Source: Trichodelitschia bisporula (taxonomy: Eukaryota). From it: 64,000 nucleotides of DNA. The stretch lies in the NCBI GenBank assembly GCA_010356995.1, contig ML996699.1, positions 341,697-405,696 of the forward strand, written 5' to 3'. The notes beneath the pieces are model-generated. The model worked only from the letters and a program-made list of their open reading frames with translations. It was not told the DNA's origin and ran no database searches. Below are positions 50,127 to 59,742 of the stretch, piece after piece; the stretch's first letter is position 1, and each line of letters begins with the position of its first letter. The position numbers and the translations under genes were made by a program.

Positions 50127-51185
50127 TGGTGCATGGCAGGTGTCTTTTGTGGAGTTGAGCATATAGACGGGCGCTGGTCTAAGAGCAATGTAAGGTTGGG
50201 ATAGACGTGCATTTGTCGGGCTTTGGGCTATCTCGGGTAGGGTGATTAGTACTGTTGCTTGGTTGGCAGCCTACGAGCATAGACAGGCGTACTCACAACC
50301 AACTAGAAAAACTCAACCCTTCCAAACTGATCCAACTGGTCCCCCGCTATCCCCGCTATACCCCGCGAGCAATCCACTAGAACTAACCTCCACGTTTCAC
50401 CAATCTCGCCTTCCGCCGTCCTCCACCCCACACCCCTCTGCGTCAAAGCCCAATGTCTGCAAGCGTCGTGTGGCTATCCGAGCTGGTGATGGAGGGAGAC
50501 AGTAACGGCCTATCTCTTTGGTCAGTTGGATCAGGCTGGCCGTGTCCAAATGCGGAGCAATATACATATCGACACGCCTCGATCCTGTCCCTCCGCCCAT
50601 CGCCAACACATGCGTGCCACATCGTGACGCGCAGTCCGACTCCACCCCCTGTTCATCACCGTTTAATTGCCGCATTGTCAACGGGCGTAGAAGCGCGGAG
50701 TGTCCGCGAGAGCCTCCAAGGTCGCATTGGCGCCCAAGGGCGAAGTTGGCAAAGCTCAGCCTGATTCGGGTTCAATATGATCTCCAGTTCTAGAGACGTT
50801 CACGTGGATCATGACTCCTCGTTAGCATGCCTGATGTGTCTCTATTCAGACGTATCTGTCCAATTTTTCCCGTTCTCATAAGATTTTTGCTCGTAAAGAT
50901 ACTGGATGGTCTGGAAACTGGTGGATGTTCCACCTCTGTTAACAAGGCTGTGAGCCTACGCCTTGCATTGCTGGGAGAGGTCGGCACTGCCATCTTATTC
51001 GCATCGGGTAACACTCCCAGTTCCTATGTCTGCCCGATTGGTGGCCATTACCACAATAAATGTTGTAGTTGCTGTACTTGCTCAGGAGCTTTCGGATCAA
51101 CTTCAACTCTCACGACTTCACCCGCCATTTTCTCTCCAGACCATTACCGGCACGCGGCCCAGCTATTCCCCGTCCTTGCCATACT

Positions 51186-51529
51186 ATGACTACAGAAGAG
51201 CAACATCTTCCCGATCTCCATGGAGTGGGCTACATCCCCTCTCGTTCCGTTACACCCAAGGTACGCCGCCCTCGTTGTCATGTTAAATCCCAAACCGAGC
51301 AAACACCACTAACGACATCCAGAGAGCAGGCGCCAGGCTGAAACTAGTCACCTGCTCCCTCTGCGACGGCTTCGGGGAATACGATAAGAAGTGCGCATCG
51401 TGCGATGGTGCTCGGATCGAACGGGAGAGGGGTATGCATGCACGTGAGGAGTGTTTAGCCTGCTGTGAATACGGGGCGGTGTTGGTTGAATGTGAGGCCT
51501 GTGACAACAGTGGCCAGTTTTTGGCCTAG
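51186..51529 (+). CDS. Stand-alone DnaJ-type (4x CxxC) zinc-finger microprotein A, 93 aa
   Basis: Exon 51186-51260, intron 51261-51322 (GTACGC...CTAAC...CAG); exon 2 encodes CSLCDGFG, CASCDG, CLACCEYG, CEACDNSG. Confidence 0.7.
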
Positions 51530-51917
51530 CTCTGCGGAAAATGGGGAACGGCAGATGTATTACGGGTACTGGTATTTTTTCTGAGTGGTCCAGCGGCGAG
51601 GCCAGCTGGTCTATGGGCTTGCCTTTTCTTTTGCCTGAAGCATTCAGGGATAGAACTGGAGAACGTCTCGAATGCTGCCTGCAAGGCTGAGCTGGCGCCT
51701 GGAGCATGCTGGAGAGGTTGGCATTGGCATTGGCATTCGCATGCGGTGACATCCCGTTGTCTGCAAGTCTGCACAATTTTGATGGCTATGTGCCTCGACG
51801 TATAAGTTGTCGTTGCTTCACTTCATTCGCAGCCTTGTCTGTCCACTTTAACCCCTTCAACTCACCCGCACCGTTCCATCCAGCGTCCACCTACACCCAA
51901 ACCAGCTCTCACCAGTC

Positions 51918-52348
51918 ATGTCTTCCCACCAATCTTCCCACCAAGTAAGCCGCCTCACCATCACGTTGACTCCCAGAACCCACAAGCTAACCAACCCATC
52001 CAGCCCAGCAGCACCCGCTCCAAAACGGCGCGGTGCAACATCTGTTACGGCAACGGGCAATACGACCGGGCCTGCATCCCCTGCGCCGGTTCCGGGTCCC
52101 TCGTAAGAACCATACCGGCCGGAAATGCTCAGAACCCAGGACCTCAGAACCTGAGATCCCGGGACTTGAAGCTTCGGAATACAAAGGGGCGGGACACTAG
52201 GCCTCAGTATGCGAATGAGGATACGAATGAGGAGCAATATCTGGAGGAATGCTCTGAATGCTCGGGCACGGGCATGGTGACTTATACTTGTAACTATTGC
52301 GATGGTGGTCACCAAGATGGGGCCACGGTCGGGGAATGTGGGTATTAG
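51918..52348 (+). CDS. Stand-alone DnaJ-type (4x CxxCxG) zinc-finger microprotein B, 123 aa
   Basis: Exon 51918-51944, intron 51945-52003 (GTAAGC...CTAAC...CAG); exon 2 encodes CNICYGNG, CIPCAGSG, CSECSGTG, CNYCDGG. Confidence 0.75.
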
Positions 52349-52604
52349 GATGTGGTGGATGTTGGAGTTAGGCCCGTCTTCATAGTGCTTATACACCCCC
52401 ATGGAATGAGGGACTGGTCAGGCAATGCTTTTGGACTCTGAACGAGCAACGATGGCATCATCGGACAGTACCTTAAGTCTTAGCCTGGGGTCTGCGGAAG
52501 CCTGGTCTGAAGAAGCAGTGAATCCGAACTGGAAGCGGGCTGATCGTTGATCAAGCACTAATCTGGCCCAATACTGCGGGCCAACTATTCCATCATGCAT
52601 CTCT

Positions 52605-55004
52605 CTACGCCTCAATCTCCAACGGCAAAACCTCACCCAAGAACTCCCCCCCCTCCCCCCTAAGCAGGGCATCAATATCCACAACCCCACTCGTCAAATA
52701 CCTCTCACTAACCCCCACATTAACCTTTTGCCTCAACATCCCCTTCAACTCCACCCTCCACGCCGCCACCTCCCTCGGATCAACCATCTGATCCTCGCGT
52801 TCCTTCCTGCGCCGATCATTTCCCCTCCCCCTCTTCCCCCCCTTAACCTCCTCCAAACTATCAAGATCGATCCCCAGATCCTCCGCCGCTTCTTTCATAA
52901 CCAAATCCTCGCTATGCTTCTTCTCCTTCGCGCTCACCACATCCGCAATCTTCTTCGCCAGGTCAGCGCGCGCCTTGAGCTTGGCGACTACCCGCCGATC
53001 AACGTCGACGTTGCGCATCCCCCGGCCCCCGCGCTTGCGATGTACTTTCCCGACAAGGCGGCCGTACGCCTTCGCCTCCTCCGGCGCGCAAATAACCACA
53101 CTCGCCCCACCAGCCCCCGCCCGCGCCGTCCGCCCCGCACGGTGGATATAATCCTCCGCCGTGCGCGGGAGGTTATAATGCACCACCAGCTGCACATCCG
53201 CGATATCCAGTCCGCGGGCCGCCACATCCGTCGCCACCAATATCGAGTTCTCGGTAGAGGCAAAGCGCTCCAGAGCCCTGAGACGGGCTTTTTGGACCAT
53301 CTGCGAGTGGAGGGCGAGGGCCGGGAGGCCTAGGTTTTGGAGGAAGGGGGTCAGGCGCCGGACTGCGTGGACGGAGTTTGTGAAGATGAGGGTGCGGGTG
53401 CGGGGGTGCATTACCAGCAGGGCGTAGGTGTATAGGTCTTTTTCTTTGGCGATGCATTGCAACAGGCCCTCGCGGAGCTGCGCCGCGGTATGCGTTGTCG
53501 GGTCCACGTCGATGAATTTAGGCCCGCCGGCGCGGAAGTGCAGCTTCTTTAAAAGGAACTCGAGGGATGCTTCGTGGTTGGCTGGGTCGCCGGTGGACTT
53601 GCTCTTGCCCGCGAGTTTTTGGTGCAGGCCCTTGTGGAAAGTGGCGCTGAAGATAAGGGTCTGCCGGTCGGGACGCGGGGCGGGGGCGCTGGGGACAGCG
53701 TTATCTCCTGGATTCTCTGAGACGGTGATTTCGCCGTCCAGCGCGTTGATAATGGCGTCCAGCTCCTTGAAGTGGCCCTGGCTGAGGAGCCGGTCTGCTT
53801 CGTCGAGGACGAGGAAGTGCACTTGGCGCAGGCGCTTGACGGCGCCGGGGGCGCTGGACATGACTTCCCAGAGGCGGCCGGGAGTTGCGATTATGACGGA
53901 GCTGACGTCAAGGAGACGTTGCTGCTTTTGAATGGAGAGTCCGCCGGTGATGGTTGCTACCTTGGGACCGTCCGTGCCCTCGGCGAAGAGGGCGGTGAGA
54001 TGGGTTCCGATTTGGTGGGCTAGTTCGCGGGTGGGGGAGAGGATGAGGGCTAGAGGGGGGGTCTTGCTGCTGTTGGTCATATTTTTGCTTAGATAGTGTT
54101 CCAGGATGGGGATGCCGAAGGCGAGGGTTTTGCCTGAGCCCGTTGATGCCTTGCCGATGACGTCGCTGCCTGCGATTATTTCTGGGACGGCGGCGGCTTG
54201 GATGGGGGTAGGGCGCTGGAACTTGAGCTTGGAGAGTGCTGCCATGGTTCCGATGGAAAGATCCAAGGGCTGCCACTCCGAGACATCGACGCCGTCCTCA
54301 TCTTCCTCCTCCTCTTCCAGGAGACCTGCGAACGGGACACTGGCGATGATCGTCTCAGGTGCCTTCTCCTTCTTCTCCTTCTTCTCCTTCTTCTCCTTCT
54401 TCTCCTTCTTCTTCTTCTGGGGTTCTTTGGCAGGCTCAGGAGCAGCCTTGCCCTTCTTCTTCAGGATTCCCTTGATGGAAGCAGGCTCCTCAACAGGAGA
54501 AGGAGCCGCAGGCGTGTTATCACTATCTTCAAATCCTTTCCACTCCTCCTCTGTCTCCTCAGCTGCAGAGGCAGTAGCTGTTGCGTTCGACTGTCCTTTG
54601 GATTTGGTCCCATGCTCCTCGTGATCTTGTCCATTGATATGCGATTCCGCACTGCCGTTTGTAGCTTTCCCAGTACCGTTGGATTCGGGTTCTGCAGTGT
54701 CCTCGACTTCGGGCCCAGTGTCCTCGTCCACCTCGCCCAAAAGCGCAGGCTCCTTCGTCTTAAACCACCCCATTCCACGCTCATCCCTCTCAAAGTCCAC
54801 GCCATCAATCTCTTCGAGCCCAAAGAAGCCCTCATAGTCGTCCAATTGATCGGGGATCTCAACTTCCTTCCATGGCAGCTCGTCGAGGCGGACGGCACGG
54901 GCTGGGCGGTTAGATTTCGTTGAGGATACGCCGTTGGATTTGGGGCGCTTATTAGGCTTCGCGCCGGAGGACGTCGCCTTGCGCTTCTGTTGTCCAGAAG
55001 CCAT
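52605..55004 (-). CDS. MAK5: DEAD-box RNA helicase Mak5 (60S biogenesis)
   Basis: GFFGLEEIDGV N-terminal motif, Q motif, STGSGKT, PTRELA, DEAD, SAT, HRAGRTAR; KE repeat. Confidence 0.93.
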   Translation of the reverse strand: MASGQQKRKATSSGAKPNKRPKSNGVSSTKSNRPARAVRLDELPWKEVEIPDQLDDYEGFFGLEEIDGVDFERDERGMGWFKTKEPALLGEVDEDTGPEVEDTAEPESNGTGKATNGSAESHINGQDHEEHGTKSKGQSNATATASAAEETEEEWKGFEDSDNTPAAPSPVEEPASIKGILKKKGKAAPEPAKEPQKKKKEKKEKKEKKEKKEKAPETIIASVPFAGLLEEEEEDEDGVDVSEWQPLDLSIGTMAALSKLKFQRPTPIQAAAVPEIIAGSDVIGKASTGSGKTLAFGIPILEHYLSKNMTNSSKTPPLALILSPTRELAHQIGTHLTALFAEGTDGPKVATITGGLSIQKQQRLLDVSSVIIATPGRLWEVMSSAPGAVKRLRQVHFLVLDEADRLLSQGHFKELDAIINALDGEITVSENPGDNAVPSAPAPRPDRQTLIFSATFHKGLHQKLAGKSKSTGDPANHEASLEFLLKKLHFRAGGPKFIDVDPTTHTAAQLREGLLQCIAKEKDLYTYALLVMHPRTRTLIFTNSVHAVRRLTPFLQNLGLPALALHSQMVQKARLRALERFASTENSILVATDVAARGLDIADVQLVVHYNLPRTAEDYIHRAGRTARAGAGGASVVICAPEEAKAYGRLVGKVHRKRGGRGMRNVDVDRRVVAKLKARADLAKKIADVVSAKEKKHSEDLVMKEAAEDLGIDLDSLEEVKGGKRGRGNDRRRKEREDQMVDPREVAAWRVELKGMLRQKVNVGVSERYLTSGVVDIDALLRGEGGEFLGEVLPLEIEA

Positions 55005-55216
55005 GTTTGCGGTAGTGGTATGTCGGTTGTAGTGAAGTGAGAGTTGAATCGAAGTGTCGCGAACGACTATCCAGAAATCTTTTGCGCACGGACCCATCCA
55101 AAGTTGTAAGCGCGGAGAAGCTGCGGGCCGTGACTCTGTCAGAAAGGAACATCAACCCCACTAGCCGACCATCAACCAAACCTCACAGCAACAAACCGTG
55201 CCCAAAATCGTTCGAA

Positions 55217-56287
55217 ATGGGCAAGTCTTCCAAAGACAAGCGCGATGCCTACTACCGCCTAGCCAAAGAACAAGGCTGGCGCGCCCGCAGCGCCTTCAAA
55301 CTCCTCCAACTCGACGAAGAATTCAACCTCTTCGAAGGCGTCACCCGCGTCGTCGATCTCTGTGCCGCGCCGGGAAGCTGGAGTCAAGTCCTCTCGCGCA
55401 TCCTCATCAAGGGCGAATCCTTCGGCCGGTCAGCATGGGAAGATCGCTTTGCTAGAGACAGAATGGCCGCTTTCGGCCTCCCGTCCCCCCCGGAAGAACC
55501 GGCTGAGACCCCGCAATTGAAGCCCAGGAAGGACGTCAAAATCGTCTCCATCGACCTGCAACCCATGAGCCCACTAGAAGGCATAACAACCCTCAAAGCC
55601 GACATCACGCATCCCTCCACCATCCCCCTCCTCCTCAAAGCCCTAGACGAGGACTACGACCCCTCCTCCCCCTCCGCCGCCCAGCCCGTCGACCTCGTCA
55701 TCTCCGATGGCGCCCCGGACGTCACCGGCCTGCACGATTTGGATATCTACGTCCAGAGCCAGCTCCTCTGGGCGGCGCTGAATCTCGCGCTCTGCGTCCT
55801 CAAGCCAGGCGGCAAATTCGTCGCGAAAATCTTCCGCGCGAACGAGGTTGATCTTTTGTACGCCCAGCTGCGGGTCATGTTTGCCCGCGTGCACGTCTCA
55901 AAGCCGCGCAGCAGTCGCGCAAGCAGCATCGAAGCCTTCGTCGTATGCGAGGGCTTCCAACCACCCCCCGGCTTCAAAGCCAGCCTCGAGAACCCCCTCG
56001 GCCCAAAGTCTGTCCCCGCAAAGCTCGAGCCCCAGGCCCCGTTGAGGACGGTGCGTGAGGACGGCGTCACGGTCCTCGATCTCGGCGATGAAGAGGACGG
56101 CCGCTGGATTGCCCCTTTCCTGGCCTGCGGCGACCTTTCAGCCTTCGACTCGGACGCTACGTATCAACTGCCTAAGGACAGGGTGACACTCGACCCTGTG
56201 CAGCCCCCGACGGCGCCGCCGTATCGAAGGGCTTTGGAGATGCGGAAGGCGGCTGGGGGGGCGTATGGGAAGACGAAGGGCGTGTAG
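55217..56287 (+). CDS. TRM7: tRNA (C32/G34) 2'-O-methyltransferase Trm7
   Basis: MGKSSKDKRDAYYRLAKEQGWRARSAFKL, DLCAAPGSWSQV, DGAPDVTG, PVQPPTAPPY. Confidence 0.96.
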   Translation: MGKSSKDKRDAYYRLAKEQGWRARSAFKLLQLDEEFNLFEGVTRVVDLCAAPGSWSQVLSRILIKGESFGRSAWEDRFARDRMAAFGLPSPPEEPAETPQLKPRKDVKIVSIDLQPMSPLEGITTLKADITHPSTIPLLLKALDEDYDPSSPSAAQPVDLVISDGAPDVTGLHDLDIYVQSQLLWAALNLALCVLKPGGKFVAKIFRANEVDLLYAQLRVMFARVHVSKPRSSRASSIEAFVVCEGFQPPPGFKASLENPLGPKSVPAKLEPQAPLRTVREDGVTVLDLGDEEDGRWIAPFLACGDLSAFDSDATYQLPKDRVTLDPVQPPTAPPYRRALEMRKAAGGAYGKTKGV

Positions 56288-56825
56288 GGAGTTCGCGCTG
56301 GGAGATGAGGTCGCTAAACGACTAATCCTTGCGCGCGTGCCTGCTGCTGCTGTTCGTATTGGAATGGTGCCTACGGGATGACGGACTGAGGCCCTGGGCA
56401 ATGGCTCCCCGGCACTGAGGCGCTGAGGGCTTGGCTGGGCATGCGGCGAGGGGTTTGGATGCGATCTCCAGTCCCGCATTGAGGATGATGGGACTTTGAG
56501 ATCTTTATCGGCTTGAGCCAAGCGGCGGGATCATCAGAGAAGCTGCACTGTTCCCAGTTTATCCCGGCCGATGAACGCTACCCATCGACTCAAGGCACGA
56601 CCATCTCCGCACCACGACCAAGGAAACGCACGACTGTGCCCCCACTTCCCCATGCCTCACTTCCAATCCGCGTGGTTCGACGGATTGGATTTGGGAAGGG
56701 ACAAGCCGTTAAATCTGAAGCTCATCCCTCGAGACGGGTAGACACCAACAGATTTTCAACGTTTCGACGCCTCGATGGACAAGCTTCAGATCTAACGGCT
56801 TATCCCTTCTCAAACGTTCAATCCA

Positions 56826-57046
56826 TCTCTTCCACCAGGCTTCTGTCTCCCAGTCCTCATGAAGATCGATAAATACCTCTTTGTAACGATAGGTAGAAGG
56901 CTGTGGTGCCGCAATAAAGGATCCAGGACTTTGAGATGTCCATGACGATCTTTGAAGGCTGCACCATCGCCTTCCCCCTCTTGTTACAACGATGCTTTTG
57001 TTGGTCTTCAGGAGGACTCCCAGGAGACAGAGCCTGGTGGAAGAGA
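56826..57046 (+). repeat. ~221-nt imperfect inverted repeat (fold-back hairpin, candidate small-RNA precursor)
   Basis: Perfect 16-bp outer stem TCTCTTCCACCAGGCT (56826-56841 / 57031-57046); pairing continues for ~100 bp to a GGAC-TTTGAGAT-GTCC loop at 56926-56941. Confidence 0.85.
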
Positions 57047-57742
57047 ACGCACATGGCCCAAGGTTCGGAAGCACTAGGCCTTGTTACTCGCCAGCTCAAG
57101 TGACGAACATCCGCGCTGTATTCAAGGGCATGATGAATAACAATATATCGATCGAATTCCCCAGACGAGCTCAGGTCCCGACTGAGAACACTTACCGGAA
57201 GCCTGCAAAAGTTCCCTTAATTCTTACACGTCGGGAGCACTAGCCGCGCACATTCTTTTCGATGCCTTTCGGGGACGAAAATATATCTGTATTGGATTCT
57301 TCTGACTACATGGGCACGAGGCGGCGTTGTTTGGCACGGCTTGAGTCCCCCGGCTTATGATGCGGCCATTTTCCTGCTCTCGCCCCGGGTGTGTAGGATA
57401 GAATCAACTCCCTGCCATCTCACACGTTATTCACCAGCTGCTTCGTGACGTGCAATATTTTCTGCTTCCCCCCTTATACGTTCAGCATCCGTTGTTGTAA
57501 CCATTCTTCGGTAGCCGCGATGTCATCCTGCATTCATTCCGCTCCTAGCGGAATTCCCCCGTCGCGCTAGTGCAACACCTAGCAACGCGCCTTATCAGTC
57601 TCCGCATCAACGCCACGGCCTTGCCCCGCAGCCTGATCGCCGCGGCAGAGCTTACCCCTCACCTATAAAGAAACTCCCATTCTCTCCCCCACTCACCCAT
57701 CTCCCCTCAGCTCCCCCTTCCGTCTTACACCCATTGCGCAAA

Positions 57743-59553
57743 ATGTCAACCTACCTCGAGCGCGGCGCAGCCCGGCGCGCCGAAATCGACGCCGCGATCC
57801 CAGAAGAATGGCGCCTCCCCTCCATCCCCTCCCCCTCAGAGCAGCGTGACATCACGGGGCCCTACATCTGGCAATTCCTCACCTCGCGAGAAAAGGAAAT
57901 CACCGAGACAGAAGCCGAAGCCATCGTCCAAAACACAACTTCCGGCACCTGGACCGCCGTCGAAGTAACCCGCGCCTTCTGCCACCGCGCCGCCATCGCG
58001 CACCAACTAGTAACCCTCCCCCCCACTTCACCCTCAGTATCCTCGCTAACACCCGCAGCTAAACTGCCTCCACGCGCCGCTCTTCACCGCCGCGCTGGCC
58101 TCGGCTGCTGAACTGGATGCGCACCTCGCAGCAACCGGCTCCCCCGTCGGGCCCCTCCACGGTCTACCTATAAGCCTCAAAGACCAATTCCATGTCGCAG
58201 GCACGGATACGAGCATGGGGTACGTCGGCTGGATCGGGACCTTCGAGGGCAACGCCGACGATCCGCGGACCGGGGTGTTCGAATCGGAGCTTACGAGCGC
58301 GCTGCGCGGCCTCGGCGCTGTTATCGTAGCTAAGACTTCCGTACCGCCTAGCTTGATGGCGGGCGAGACGCGGAACTACATTGTGGGGAGCACGTTGAGC
58401 GCTAGGAATAGGTTGTTGAGCGCGGGGGGGAGCAGCGGGGGCGAGGGGGCCTTGCTAGGCGCCCGCGGGAGTGCGCTCGGGTGGGGCACGGATATAGGTG
58501 GGAGTGTGCGGATTCCCGCCGCGTTTAACGGCTTGTATGGGCTCAAGCCCAGCACGGGCCGGATGCCGTATGAGGGCGCGGCGAATAGCATGGATGGGCA
58601 GAATAGTGTGCTGTCCGTAGTCGGGCCGTTGGGGAACAGCGTGTCCGCGTTGAGACTCGGGTTCAAGGCCGTGCTTAGCACGCGGCCGTGGGAGCGCGAC
58701 CCGCTGTGTCTCGAGATCCCGTGGAGAGAGGACAAGGCGGTTCTTCCTTCGAAACTGCGGTTCGGGGTTTGGAAAGACGATGGCGTGGCGCGGGTCACGC
58801 CGCCTGTGCAGCGCGCGTTGGATGTTACGGTCATGAAGCTGCAAGCCGCGGGACACGAGGTGCGCTTTCCCCCCCCTTCCCACGCCGACCGCAGCTGATG
58901 AAACCTAGGTCGTGCGCTGGGCGCCGGCGCCGGAGTTTCAGGAGGAGATCACGGCGCTGCTGGCGCAGGTGTGGGCCTTCGACGGCGGGGCCGACATCCA
59001 CCGCGCGCTGGGCCTGAGCGGCGAACCGCCCATCCCGCCCATCGAAGCTGCGTTCGGGACTTCAGCGAGGCCGGCTATGGATGCGGGGCAGGTGGCGGCT
59101 GTGAATGTGCGGATCCGGAAGGTGAGGAAGGGGTACCTGTATTGGTGGCAGAGCAGGGGTGTGGATGCGATTATTGCACCCGTGGCGCCGGTGCCAGCTG
59201 CGCGGGAAGGGATGTATGCGGACTATGGGTATACGATGTGGGTTAATTTGCTGGATTATGCGAGTGTGGTAGTGCCGGTTTCGAAGGTGGATAAGGGGTT
59301 TGATGGGGTGGTGGAGGGGTATGAGCCGCGGAATGAGCAGGATAGGATTTGTTGGGAGAGTTGTGAGTTGTCCTGCTTTCTTTCTGGGTTGAAACTGTGG
59401 GTTTTGGGAGCGGATGACTGACTTCGACTAGATGATCCCGAGATCTTCGATGGCGCCCCGATCGCTCTGCAACTGGTAGGCCAGAGACTGCAGGAGGAGA
59501 AGATGCTGGCAATTGCGGACGTCGTGGTTGAGGTACTCAAGGGCTATGAGTAG
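57743..59553 (+). CDS. Amidase-signature family enzyme (acetamidase-like)
   Basis: GPLHGLPISLKD, GGSSGGEG, GTDIGGSVRIPAA; introns 58010-58058, 58860-58908 and 59363-59431; TATA-like TATAAA at 57664. Confidence 0.93.
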
Positions 59554-59742
59554 TTGGGCCAGCATGCACTAGATTCCCTATGTACCTATCTTGCTGCAGC
59601 ACTACTCACTTGGATAGATAACACGAGACCAAGTACAAAAACAGACCGAATTGTCGAGTAAACCCCTAAAACCCATCCCCGCGCCATCATCAGCTCTTCA
59701 TCTGGCTCACCAACACCAAGGGGCGTCATATCCGCCACAGGC

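Noticed and set aside
54362..54418. CTTCTCCTT microsatellite
   Set aside because: Ordinary KKE coding repeat of nucleolar Mak5.
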